Source: a virus
Taxonomy: Duplodnaviria; Caudoviricetes
Length of the DNA stretch: 64,000 nucleotides
Direction: 5' to 3' (one strand)
IMG/VR virus record: IMGVR_UViG_3300010234_000007
Coordinates: 1 to 64,000 of that record
Shown here: piece by piece, positions 37,401-44,441 of the stretch
How the letters are laid out: every line of letters begins with the position of its first letter
Numbering within the stretch: the first letter of the stretch is position 1
Translations under genes and position numbers: made by a program
Notes under the pieces: model-generated
Told to the model about the DNA's origin: nothing
The model's database searches: none
What the model saw: the letters and a program-made list of their open reading frames with translations, nothing else

Positions 37401-38116
37401 ATGTCTTTCTTCGCGGCACCGAGGAGCCTCTTCAGCGGGGCCATCGCAACGCGCACCGGGAAGACTTCCGTGAGGCCGACCGCGCCGCCCCATAAGATCG
37501 CGCTGTTCTGGTCAGACTGGCTGACCGTATGCCCAGCTTCGAGGCGGGCGAGAACACGATCTACTTGTTCACCTGCGCCCACAGTCGAGGCGAGGCCCCA
37601 CTGCGACAGGTTTAATGCCTTGGCGACAACCGGGGCCTTGGTGGCAAGGCTGGCAGCACCTACACCGGGCACCATGAAGGTTAACATAGAGCCACCAGCG
37701 TCGCCGAACCGGGCGGCATCTGTGGTGGCATAGCCCTTCTTAGCGGCGAGCCAGCCCTTGTTGAAGACATGGTCCTTCGCGTCTTGCGTCCACTCTACGA
37801 CAGCGCTGTCCTTAACGCCGGGAACGCCCTCAATACCAACCGCATCGGCACCGGCTTTAACCAGCCCGGCACCACCTTCTATCGCGGTGAGAGCTGTCCC
37901 AGCTAAGCCACGACCGAGCCCCTTAAAGAACTCCGCCCCGCCCTGCCAATAAGAGAAGTCTTCGTCAGAGACCTCACTCTCGGGACGGTTTGGACGCCCA
38001 GACAGGGCATCGCCGATATCGGCTAAGACAGACTGTGAGGGCTTCTTGACTGTAAGCGCCGGTGCCTTGCTGGCATACCCGCCGGTTATTTCATCAAGGA
38101 ATTTATCTTCAGCCAC
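28409..38116 (-). CDS. Giant polyvalent virion/ejection protein, 3235 aa (HExxH peptidase-like, HhH-like, two ART-like, HDxxGH domain, C-terminal LPD38-like)
   Basis: DHEIIH; ALSPQ..GPKVNSF..VTND; two YHG..G.GFY..GYDG units; KLPIPFEIGVLF. Confidence 0.85.
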   Translation of the reverse strand: MAEDKFLDEITGGYASKAPALTVKKPSQSVLADIGDALSGRPNRPESEVSDEDFSYWQGGAEFFKGLGRGLAGTALTAIEGGAGLVKAGADAVGIEGVPGVKDSAVVEWTQDAKDHVFNKGWLAAKKGYATTDAARFGDAGGSMLTFMVPGVGAASLATKAPVVAKALNLSQWGLASTVGAGEQVDRVLARLEAGHTVSQSDQNSAILWGGAVGLTEVFPVRVAMAPLKRLLGAAKKDIPTKIKNRIFGILTRSVLSGGAEGLQEAVASVMQDMIEKNIYNPDLKVGQSLYDEFRYGAGAGGLMRGVMEAMAASAGRRRDRNYTKRIREGLTSTREAYNQSTETPQEPGAQGASSSTLSIGQEAPAVAVTPRKVGEDLDTYAKRLATDFSDTIPIGPYTVKKGKKGYWVVGPEDARVGQAFAKKDEAEEFSATMESIGSAVELLRKKEAADSKKLEDGRIEQKALLEEARKTQTPFVFTADELSNAEAARLHSTRTNQGLPIKEQYTASELRSGGVSEAKVSALLDQQALTREYITPERVRVKAESKDINWESDAFTEFSRRLTGRPDLNSMNASQLSAMEDALDGLDGTTFEADPRAIPREYTEEQLDIARDRLHEGTTIGAIKRHTGVTGNRAAKAIQAALVEEGSLVRKGRTNKFIVPEPAPVPAPEVVIPSEVVAKLRGRLAKIAPDGTTLKLVESIQNGNADGAAVNRLVQLAKDVVAGKAPEAQLDEMLETLDHEIIHMLREADAFTDSEWTSLKQYAYTTFVPGSEIDSEGNPQDPVTFWQQAYNSYVLNPPDGVKPMKYVENVHEEAVAELFRFWAKDKDALLQVPPKVKSLMQRILDALKNFIGVMKDDKVIAEDILQRVESGEFGARSRNEVRAVKTARPEALEMAGFGSEITVTDPGIIAAQPGTAEEGRREDFYSLNNSAQEWRSNVFPLIQRGYVRKPTNAPSRFWPKKTRFVRALEGVNRLFEEYATGANPVPIRVAEQARRVYAWGNQKKGASQEEYQELSQGFWSSQALSDLSDALERFSPATPEQDAIVQLAMAVAAGDRARVKALAGPIIEENDVRRQYRRESYEGARSLEEEMRGLMYPPPGKKARYKLTKHVQQLNERVSGFRPILSGFTDEELTTIKTRMARNIVEALTNLPSASEMATVAYAGRGKRGWYVKSRKAIIDLFGAEHATRFTAVLAALSPQKPVEENLQQAIELWTKWIAAGRPKPVIPTASSLEGRRVQMANDPVFKMMLDTITSDTTDTNDVWAWGNNVLRSFRADDPTQIVLSGPKVNSFFLNLYRDMQEVTNDTWMANYAAIDKENAFSSRPVGRDEYGGIGGKSGGYLAYNNVTRRAAQILSKRTGDIWLPAEVQETIWSWSKALWESQVGQRFDYKNVTAAQVTEVPDFNLLFSEEINRRLLSDGGYQLKDIRDDRRDGEGADPTSAEGSGISEAAFGAHLTRAAKRLDSLYRRRIGQDAPKFSDTFRPKISALKATLDDVPAQRTVEDITDTFRAHPAVSRVDEAVEPTQRYKFRPKDSLAGAQMYHGGRTLTDPKQMDVQLTNPLDLFGPGFYLTDNYWLGLSYLQARPSTPEAMQSASVLAVKLKDNIRLLNLEKPLPPEVQAEFEQAFAMMREFGLDVVPPNGDDRSGAAWASMPVNAMTLAVEDKHVLSPADQSKFHAHWELLHDGLRSLGYDGFQHVGGGIAGDNEVNHNVAVLWEQSEAFDMDLAALPTREEQWSKIIEGGLADDVYANRFYDHISLYSGNKHSWPLNPAGTKGRVYMPRGAVSQLLEGGRKGPQYHDFEDLQSGRDLFQAPTNISGGLNENGDFVVDGVSGAENADHLSGLFEADEMIPVTLSDVTRTGEPYAEVGFSGRVIKDGEVYDARTSDAATAERSPHLRYKLTQGKRPGTSSIGPYMNERFALSKREPVQVAVDLAEQYRQEHGYGPGIVAHQEPPVTYLQRVADYLEDAEHSPDSAEVQASYDALIGAVVEQYKLLGDISIEPYIGDGDPYANSQAMLDDLAQNKHLYFYLTENGYGEGSDPINHPMLAPTEFMTSDGRYLLANDLFRVVHDFFGHAQNATNFGPTGEYNAFHEHASMVPPEAVPALAAETLAQNAWVNFGRHIRREDGSIPKRGDQDYIKFTERPYSDQKAVVIPTELLADDPWHGNFSAQDTQEMERYSLRTHNRQPVAVGIKAPNTSAFRRWFKDSKIVDADGKPMVVYHGSAEDFTIFKHGEASKVDGGWYGQGFYFTPRTSEASEYARMRDSREERFFGSQSSQVVMPVFLSMQNPYMIHRGMEPGFNSMKRQFRKDFGAEVFEAVAGTEGNPNITFTNNVNAWLAERGYDGVISINSNKVTIDELVVFEPTQIKSATGNDGSFSPTNPDIRYRLRHHHADTTDAQRQLIDDMYTSGPHTLGQVVLQNMRHKPGRRTNATIFRQKFFDKFARMAEIGEQAAKTDRDLYADTSAIGAARFAERSVGILASAYNYGIPVYKNGFTEVVDLKDENGENLGGLIKIMERVGKENLWKEFGAYSAAKRAARLKGEKRENFLTEAQIQTGLSIGQTYEWFEGVRQKYQRWNNGIVQFMVDTGVLDKKGMELWTEHQDYVPFYREAEGEAVTILKGKPVSAFGGIVGVKPSKKLKGGTTAFKGDWVELVTQNARAAIDMGMKNVAAQRAIRDAKTLGLSHEVKKPGDADVSIRVKGKTRHFVVDDPLLIDSLTAMAPTDLTGFMRALALPSQFLREMVTRDPGFMLANGLRDTVSAWVTTGRKFTPFLGTARGAVEAVYNSKTNQALQRSGAYGGHDFVGDIKNASKAFKNSYSKNPLIRAWGLLNKATEASDAATRNAVYKATLKETGNPAQAAFEALEVINFSRKGSSKTMRTMTALVPFLNARLQGLDIIYRAYKGDGTGKGSGVNKKLAQRRGIARGALLMLSTMVYYSLMSDEDEYKNAPDHERDGNWLVKHGKNTFKLPIPFEIGVLFKLIPERLMAYASGQDTGSDLRGALLRATMETLRINPLPQAIVPAIEAIANYSFYQGRAIEPYFMTGLDTKDRHTEYTSALSRAIGEQLGIPPIRLDHALRGYTGTLGSYFLTAMHELMSAGSGKVTPAYRIEQYPVIKRFLQSELPRGDVDKFYEMLTLVRSAKASINRALKSGDTERANELMQNKTYMKRYQYSKTLEQVARQISKINQMRNRIIVARDIQPTIKRQRLDELDKMKIMLTKQVSSIRKEIQ
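33646..33858 (-). CDS. Candidate nested out-of-frame gene, 70 aa (MADISSKILEMIDEMEKEQ...)
   Basis: Internal AGGAG SD; codon-bias inversion relative to host frame. Confidence 0.5.
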   Translation of the reverse strand: MADISSKILEMIDEMEKEQTRRAPKEAEFLKQLLGPTSPAPQKDSTPSTGDELDKMLRNSPTPSAPRSAR

Positions 38117-38118
38117 GC

Positions 38119-40416
38119 CTATCCACCGAAGTCTTTCTTTGCGTACTCTCTCACCCAGCTTGGTGGTATGTGGGTCGGGGCCTGCTTCCCAGCCGCCTTA
38201 AGTCTCGCCCTGATGTTATTTTCGTATGATTTGTATGTGCTATTCATATCGCTTTTTTTCTTAACGATATCCCCCCACATCCTGATAAAGGCCTTGCCGC
38301 CGTAAGAGAGCTTGGCGGACCTCCCGGCACCCCGCTGAGCCAACGCGGACTTCTTCAGGGCGAGGGTCTGATTGAACTGGTCGTTTTTCTGCAGCGCGCC
38401 TGCGATGGCGACGCGGATGCCAAGCATGTCTTTCTTGTCAGCGCGCATCTCCTTCTTCGATTTGGAGAACGCCTCCATACCGGCCTTACCACCCTCACCG
38501 ACTGCGGTGCCGAAGAACGGTGATTTGGACGCCATCATGGCAAACCCTGCCTTCATCATGGCTTCACCGATGGCCTCACCGCGCTCTTTCTTGCGGTCGG
38601 TCTTCATCTTCTGAAGCTCCTTCATGATGTCGGTGAAGCGACCCTCACCCGCGGCATTCTTAACGCCAGCCATATACGCAGCGGCTGATTTGCCTTTGAG
38701 GTTGCCACTCTTCGCGATGCTCGCCGCGGCTTTGCGCGCTGAGCCTGTTTTGCCGAGTGAAGCCTTGCCAGCGCCCGCCCCTTGCTTTGCGAACTTCTCC
38801 ATAGACTTCCTGCGAGTTTCATCTCGGTCTGAAATAGCTGCAGGATCGGGCCCAATACTCTTAGGTGCGGCCTTCGCGTCACCTGCTTTTCCTTCTCCGC
38901 CAGACGAGCCTATCCATGCACGTTCAGCCCAAGTCTTCTTGTCAGCGAAGGGTACCTTGGACGTGTCACGGCGCAATTCTTTTGTGACCTTTTCGGCTAA
39001 TGACGGATTTTTCTCCCGGTATTTCTGGTATTCAGCAATCCGAGACTGGCTATTGACCGTCATGTCTGACGGTACCTTATAACTATCCCTGTTGCGCCCC
39101 CCAACCTCAGCCAGAGCACGGGCGCGTGGGTTCTGCGCCATACGCTTCCGAGCTGCAGCCTCTGCTTCTGCCAAGGTCATAGAGGTGCTTGGTGTTTTAT
39201 AGCTAGAAGCATTGCGCTCTTGCAGCTCTCTGAGGGCCCGTTGCCGAGGCATGCCAGCCATACGCTTACGCGCAGCCTCTTCTGCCTGTTCACGAGTCAT
39301 CCCCGGTTTTGCCACGGGTGGTGTGTACCTAGGGAGACTAGACGGGTCTGGTACGCCGGTCACTCCACGTACATCGGTGACACCTGCGTCAGGAGCCGAT
39401 GGGTTGGGGAGATTGCGCAGCATGATCGCACGCTTCAGCTTGCGCTGGTATGCCTGCTGTTCTTGAGTCATCAGGCCAAGGCGCGGATCGAGGTCTTGGT
39501 TTAGACGCAAGTCGCCAATCCCGCCACCTTCTGCGTAGCCTTGCACCATGCCACCACCAGCGTAGCCATCACCGCCCGGGTCACCGCCAGCACCACCTTG
39601 GTTCATGTCGTAGCTGTTCCAGCCACTATACACGTTAGGTGTGCCCGGCGAGTACTGGTACTGCATCGGGTTGTAAAACCCAGCGGACTGTTGCGGGTTG
39701 TACATTTTGGCAGCAAGATGCGGGTTGGTCTGGTTCACGAGGTCCCAGTCTTTGTACGCATATGAGTTCTGGTCTGAACGCCCGCCATACTTCTCACCGA
39801 AGTACCCAGCAGTGCCTTTATACCCTTGGGCCAAGTTCTGCATGTAGCGATTGTAGGCGTCCATGTGCCCGGGGGATTGAGCGATGTCGTCAGCCGCCGT
39901 ATCTGTTGGTGTCGCGGGATTGTCAAAGCCGTAATCTACCGGGTTCTGCCCTAAGCCACTGTCTGGGATATAGTTGTCGATTTGAACAGCCGTTGCTTGT
40001 GTGGGCAGGGAATAAGGTGCGATGGTTGAGGGGTTGGGAAGTCCTTGTGCGGGGGAGGGGAGGCCTGTCATCGTCGGCATGAAGCCATCAGGTGCGCCAC
40101 CAGTCGCGGCGTTCACCGGGCCTCCTTCAGCGTAACCCTGCCGGGGCGCGCTTTGGGGAAGCGGCATTCCCGCAGCCTCCCCGGCAGGACGCTCCGTCGC
40201 AGGATTAGGGCTCTGCGGACGAAAACTTTGCATGAGTTTCTGACGATACTCTTCGTTCATGGGCGCAGCCTCCGGCGCTTTCTCGCCATCGCGCATGTCT
40301 GTGCGGCGCTTCTGTTCAGCGAGGATGAGAAACTCTGGAATATTGGCGTGTTGCGCTTGCAGCTGTTCGTCAGACAATGACTTCACTACTTGCTGAAGCT
40401 TAGCTATGTTCTGCAT
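38119..40416 (-). CDS. Internal virion/ejection protein with YA(E/G)GG motifs
   Basis: Low-complexity helical sequence; between pilot protein and giant protein. Confidence 0.75.
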   Translation of the reverse strand: MQNIAKLQQVVKSLSDEQLQAQHANIPEFLILAEQKRRTDMRDGEKAPEAAPMNEEYRQKLMQSFRPQSPNPATERPAGEAAGMPLPQSAPRQGYAEGGPVNAATGGAPDGFMPTMTGLPSPAQGLPNPSTIAPYSLPTQATAVQIDNYIPDSGLGQNPVDYGFDNPATPTDTAADDIAQSPGHMDAYNRYMQNLAQGYKGTAGYFGEKYGGRSDQNSYAYKDWDLVNQTNPHLAAKMYNPQQSAGFYNPMQYQYSPGTPNVYSGWNSYDMNQGGAGGDPGGDGYAGGGMVQGYAEGGGIGDLRLNQDLDPRLGLMTQEQQAYQRKLKRAIMLRNLPNPSAPDAGVTDVRGVTGVPDPSSLPRYTPPVAKPGMTREQAEEAARKRMAGMPRQRALRELQERNASSYKTPSTSMTLAEAEAAARKRMAQNPRARALAEVGGRNRDSYKVPSDMTVNSQSRIAEYQKYREKNPSLAEKVTKELRRDTSKVPFADKKTWAERAWIGSSGGEGKAGDAKAAPKSIGPDPAAISDRDETRRKSMEKFAKQGAGAGKASLGKTGSARKAAASIAKSGNLKGKSAAAYMAGVKNAAGEGRFTDIMKELQKMKTDRKKERGEAIGEAMMKAGFAMMASKSPFFGTAVGEGGKAGMEAFSKSKKEMRADKKDMLGIRVAIAGALQKNDQFNQTLALKKSALAQRGAGRSAKLSYGGKAFIRMWGDIVKKKSDMNSTYKSYENNIRARLKAAGKQAPTHIPPSWVREYAKKDFGG

Positions 40417-40425
40417 GGTTACCCC

Positions 40426-40449
40426 AAAAAAAAGGCTCCGTGAGGAGCC
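40426..40449 (-). terminator. Rho-independent terminator GGCTCC-TCAC-GGAGCC-T8
   Basis: Perfect stem plus 8 U; ends moron cassette. Confidence 0.85.
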
Positions 40450-40479
40450 TTAGTGATGTCGTGCAATGGTGTGGAACGT

Positions 40480-40773
40480 TTAATCGCTCTTGTCTTGGCC
40501 GTGGCCGCAGCCACCGCATCGCCCACGTTGTTCTTCTGATCCGCAGTATTCACATGTGTAGTGACTGACGAGTGCTTCGAGGCGCTTCATGTCTCGTGCA
40601 TGCCGCGCATCTATGGCGTGCGGTCTCAAGGCGGCGTATTGCTGAACTCTGCGGGCGTTTTGAGAGTCGTGAGAGTCGTAAGCAAAGCTAATACCCTCAC
40701 CGATAGAGATCGGCAGCACTGACAGATACGCCCCTGAGCCCTTACCCATCGATTGAAGCAGAACCTTCATCGC
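40480..40773 (-). CDS. Moron hypothetical protein with C-terminal Zn ribbon (CEYCG..CGGCG); start uncertain
   Basis: ORF track 40480..40812. Confidence 0.5.
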   Translation of the reverse strand, partial: AMKVLLQSMGKGSGAYLSVLPISIGEGISFAYDSHDSQNARRVQQYAALRPHAIDARHARDMKRLEALVSHYTCEYCGSEEQRGRCGGCGHGQDKSD

Positions 40774-40879
40774 CCAAAAAGGGAGCAATACCGATGTTGC
40801 CCGATCCTCCATTTCCGATCAAACCGCCCCATCCTTCGATGAAACCGTTATCCGTCTCGATAAAATCAAACTCACGCAT
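40744..40879 (-). CDS. About 45-aa Gly-rich acidic ORF (MREFDFIETDNGFIEGWGG...); ends approximate
   Basis: AGGAG SD right after tRNA-like element; hand translation. Confidence 0.5.
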
Positions 40880-40899
40880 ACTGCTCTCCTGTGTTAGCG

Positions 40900-41039
40900 G
40901 ATCACAGGCCGGGCGCTACTCCGGCTAGGGTTTACGCCCCCAGTTCATCGCCGTCGCTTCTCTGGGTTAGTTGCCCTCACTATACGTCCGAACACTAAAG
41001 TCGGCACGTGGTGTGTCTGCTTTCCACACCGCTGTGATC
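40900..41039 (-). ncRNA. tRNA-shaped structured leader RNA, copy 2
   Basis: GATCACAG/CTGTGATC closing stem, GGTGTG-GAAAGCAGA-CACACC, identical GCCGGAGTAGCGCCCGGC arm. Confidence 0.75.
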
Positions 41040-41045
41040 ATGAGC

Positions 41046-41075
41046 AGTATACTAAGATGACAGGGTGTTTAGCAA
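41046..41075 (-). promoter_or_regulatory. sigma70-type promoter TTGCTA-N18-TATACT
   Basis: Predicted +1 coincides with 5' end of copy 2. Confidence 0.7.
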
Positions 41076-41205
41076 GTCTTTTCTGGCTCCCGCGGCTGGA
41101 TTACGAAGGAGTGTCTCCCCCGCCATCAAGGCTTTGTAGTCCAATCAAGCGGAGGAGACCACCGGGGTCAGCTGGCAGGGGCTTGCACACCCAATAATTT
41201 GTATA

Positions 41206-42186
41206 CTAGGAAGACAGCTGTTTTGCAAGTCCTAATCCTGCCAAACCAGCACCGGCCAGCTGGGCACCTTGGTTGGGTCCGGGCGTGTACATGGTCACTT
41301 CGGATTGTGGGGTGACCGGGATGCCACGGAGGATGCCACTGTAGAAGGCAAGTTGCTGGCGGTCGTGGTCGCGCTGGTTAATGAAGTCTGTGTATCCGAC
41401 ATCGTGGGACTGTTGCGCCAAATCCCGGTACTGTCCTCCTTGAGACGCCAGAGCCTGCAGTCGCTGTAAATCCATCTGTTGGCGCTGCTGACCCAATCCG
41501 CCCAGAGCTGATCCAGCCTGTAGTCTGATCCCAGCCGCGGCTCCCCGCGACGCCTCCGCAGCACGCTGAGATTGGTCGGTGAGAGAAGCGGCTTGAAGAC
41601 CCGCCTGTCTGTCGCGATCAAAGGCACCTTGTGAGTTAGTATATCCCGTATTGAGCCCCTGCGCGACAACATCCTGCAGGCGATTGTCCCGCTCTCGCTG
41701 AGCCAGATGATCCGAAACGAACCGGCGATCCCCGCCGAAAGCGCCAGCTTTAATATAAGAGGCATCTCGTCCGACTTGGTCAGCGTTATACTGTTCGTTG
41801 ACTCGCCCAATCTGACGGTTAAGGACACTATCGACATAGGGGTTCATGTAGTGGTTTGCAGCGGCGCTATTGAACTGGCCCCCAGTGAACTGGTTGCCGC
41901 CATAGCTTGAGTCATAGCCTGCCACAGAACCGACTGTCTGTCCAGCCGCATCCACTTCGCCCGGCATCCCCATGCCCCGGACCTGTGAGTAAGCGTTGGA
42001 CTGATCCTGTGCGAAGTCTGAAATGCGCTGGCCCGGATATGGCTCGTAGCTCCGGTTGCTTTCAGCCTCAGTTCTGTTCAGCAGTCGCTCGTAATACGGA
42101 CGTGCGTATTCGGGGAGGTTTGTCTGCGTAACCTGAGATTGTGTGCTCGTAGGAGCTGAACCGCTCCCGCCGCCACCTTTACCCAT
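41206..42186 (-). CDS. Ejection/pilot-type virion protein (MGKGGGG... TNLPEYARPYY)
   Basis: Q/G/A-rich; C-terminal hydrophobic AGAGLAGLG; synteny. Confidence 0.7.
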   Translation of the reverse strand: MGKGGGGSGSAPTSTQSQVTQTNLPEYARPYYERLLNRTEAESNRSYEPYPGQRISDFAQDQSNAYSQVRGMGMPGEVDAAGQTVGSVAGYDSSYGGNQFTGGQFNSAAANHYMNPYVDSVLNRQIGRVNEQYNADQVGRDASYIKAGAFGGDRRFVSDHLAQRERDNRLQDVVAQGLNTGYTNSQGAFDRDRQAGLQAASLTDQSQRAAEASRGAAAGIRLQAGSALGGLGQQRQQMDLQRLQALASQGGQYRDLAQQSHDVGYTDFINQRDHDRQQLAFYSGILRGIPVTPQSEVTMYTPGPNQGAQLAGAGLAGLGLAKQLSS

Positions 42187-42601
42187 CGTCTGGTACCTCT
42201 ATCTGGAAGGCTGTGAACTCATCGGCCCAGCCTTGTTTCTTCAATTCACGCACCCAGCCCTTACGACCATACAGCTCCACGAGCGTGCAGCCGGTCTGCT
42301 TGGCGTAGGATTGCAGCACCTCCGTAGCCGGTCCTGACCATTCCGTCAGTTGCGCACCGCCACAAAACTGGCAGGTGAGGATGCGCCGACCGGGGTAGTC
42401 TGTCACCGACGTGGTGAACGCGGCGATGACCGTATCATCGTCGTAGACAACCCAAAGCTGCTGATGCCCCGTCTTCAGGGCCTTGAAAATATCATAGAGC
42501 CCGTACCGCTCGAATGAGCGATCCGTTGCCCGCATAATGTGTGGTGCCGCTTCGCGCCACGCATCATCTAACCCGTCGTGGGGGATGAGCGATATGATCA
42601 T
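42179..42601 (-). CDS. GNAT-like acyltransferase-fold protein
   Basis: QLWVV, FCGG, GRKGWVR motifs; size and position. Confidence 0.65.
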   Translation of the reverse strand: MIISLIPHDGLDDAWREAAPHIMRATDRSFERYGLYDIFKALKTGHQQLWVVYDDDTVIAAFTTSVTDYPGRRILTCQFCGGAQLTEWSGPATEVLQSYAKQTGCTLVELYGRKGWVRELKKQGWADEFTAFQIEVPDDG

Positions 42602-44136
42602 ACTGCCTGCATAATACCCTTGTTGATGTCAGGCGGCTGTTGTGTGGTGCCATGCTTCTGCTGTCGAATGCTGGCGACCATGCTGTCTAGCTTCTGGCCC
42701 CCACTCTTCGTGTCACCATTGCCGAGGTTGCTCACAACGTCCGCAGGCATAACATACTCTCCTGAGGAGAGATTAACAGGCTTCTGGCCATCCACTTGGG
42801 CAGGAATGCTGTCTGATGTACCGTCACCCATGGTATCTGTGTATGACGGGCCGCTCTCAGCGATCACCATACGGCGCAGCTGCTCCAGTGCTTCTGGTCC
42901 ATACTGCTCGATGAACTTAGCGATGACAGCCTGTGGGTTGGGATGCTTGCCTGTGAGTGCGGCCTTTGCCTCCTGAATAAGGGGCTCCTCACCACCGCCG
43001 GGGGGCATACCACCGGGCATACCACCCGCGCTGGGGATACCGCCATCCAGCATCCCACCTTCAGCGTAGCCGTCTGGCCCGGCGTCCGCGTAGTATCGGT
43101 CGCCGAACAAAAAGGAGCCTTGCCACTCTGTGGGGTAAGCCATATCTGCCGGGGCCGCGTGCGGGTCATTCTCTTCCAAAGCCGACTGCATTTTTGGACC
43201 GCTTTTTCTGGCCCCCCAGACATCGTCTGCATGCCAAGTGTCCGGGTTTTCACGCATGTCATCAATCCGCGAGCGAGGATCGATATCCACAGAACCGAGG
43301 GCGGCGTTCATCACTGCTTGCCGGTAATCATCGTAATCAATCAAGCCACCTTCGGCATGGCCCGGGATAGGAACCTCAGTCCGGTACATCGGCGGCAACT
43401 GGTCCATCACCGGCACGCCCTCACCACCGCCATCAAACTCAATCGAGGCTTTCGGAGAAATGCGATCCTGTACGCGGGCGATGAGGTTGGGGTCAGTCGA
43501 GTCGTCAAAATACTGGTTGTGGGCAGAGAGATTGTAGGGCCAGATTTCACCACGCGCGGCGTCATACCGAGCGATTTCCTCTTTCTCAGCCATGGCGCGG
43601 TTCACAGCCAACGCGTGGGCGCTATCGCCGCTGTCCGTTGGACTACCATACCCGATCAAGCCGCCTTCTTGCATACCGTCTGTGGCATAGAAGCGATGCT
43701 CAGGGTCGAAGCCATGACGCCCACCGGGATACTGGATGGTGCGGTTCGCCGGGAAGGCCTCTTCAGCACCTGCCCCGCTGTCCCCGCTGTCGAAGATAGA
43801 TTTCTTCTTATCGGTACCGCCGGGGTTCGCCATGCCGTTCAGGAGACCCATACCCATCAAGCCCATGCTACCAGCTTTGAGGAGCCCGTTAGCGCCGAGA
43901 CCTCCAAGGATACCTGCCCCGCCAGCTGTGGCGGTTGCGGGGGCTGCGCCCATAAGTATCGGGAGGCCACTAGAAGATGCTACACTGCCGAGCCCGGCTG
44001 CGCCTGCGCCCAAGGCTCCAGCGCCAGCCGCCGCCGTGCCTGCTGCTGCTGCTCCTGCGCCTGCCGCAGCTCCGGCACCAGCAGCCGCGGTGCCCCCGGC
44101 GAATAGTGATGCGAGAAAGGGTTCTAATCCGGTCAT
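42598..44136 (-). CDS. Internal virion protein with (Y/H/M)x(E)GG repeats and GDGTSDSIPA..LSSGEYV domain
   Basis: Ala/Gly-rich N-terminal hydrophobic region; motif typical of DNA-transfer proteins. Confidence 0.75.
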   Translation of the reverse strand: MTGLEPFLASLFAGGTAAAGAGAAAGAGAAAAGTAAAGAGALGAGAAGLGSVASSSGLPILMGAAPATATAGGAGILGGLGANGLLKAGSMGLMGMGLLNGMANPGGTDKKKSIFDSGDSGAGAEEAFPANRTIQYPGGRHGFDPEHRFYATDGMQEGGLIGYGSPTDSGDSAHALAVNRAMAEKEEIARYDAARGEIWPYNLSAHNQYFDDSTDPNLIARVQDRISPKASIEFDGGGEGVPVMDQLPPMYRTEVPIPGHAEGGLIDYDDYRQAVMNAALGSVDIDPRSRIDDMRENPDTWHADDVWGARKSGPKMQSALEENDPHAAPADMAYPTEWQGSFLFGDRYYADAGPDGYAEGGMLDGGIPSAGGMPGGMPPGGGEEPLIQEAKAALTGKHPNPQAVIAKFIEQYGPEALEQLRRMVIAESGPSYTDTMGDGTSDSIPAQVDGQKPVNLSSGEYVMPADVVSNLGNGDTKSGGQKLDSMVASIRQQKHGTTQQPPDINKGIMQAV

Positions 44137-44441
44137 GATATACTCACTGTTACAGTGCCAAGTGAAAGGGTGCTGCTAAGGGATGGCGCATATTTATCGT
44201 TGTCCAAAACGATCTTCACAACGCCACCAGACTCAAAAACATCGCCTGCCCGGAGACAGTTGCCTGTGGTGGGCATGTTGGTTACATACAAGGTTGACAT
44301 CTGGGCATCACCAAGATCGAACAGGGCCTGCTCCAGCTGCCCAAGACGTTGCACCAGACGCGCCAGATACCCAGAGTCATACTCCGGTGGCGGGTTAGGC
44401 AGCGCGCCACCCGGCGACCGGGCTTTCTTCGCCCGACTCAT
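44133..44441 (-). CDS. Small virion-associated protein
   Basis: LPNPPPEYD..YL.RLV pattern; follows nozzle gene. Confidence 0.65.
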   Translation of the reverse strand: MSRAKKARSPGGALPNPPPEYDSGYLARLVQRLGQLEQALFDLGDAQMSTLYVTNMPTTGNCLRAGDVFESGGVVKIVLDNDKYAPSLSSTLSLGTVTVSIS

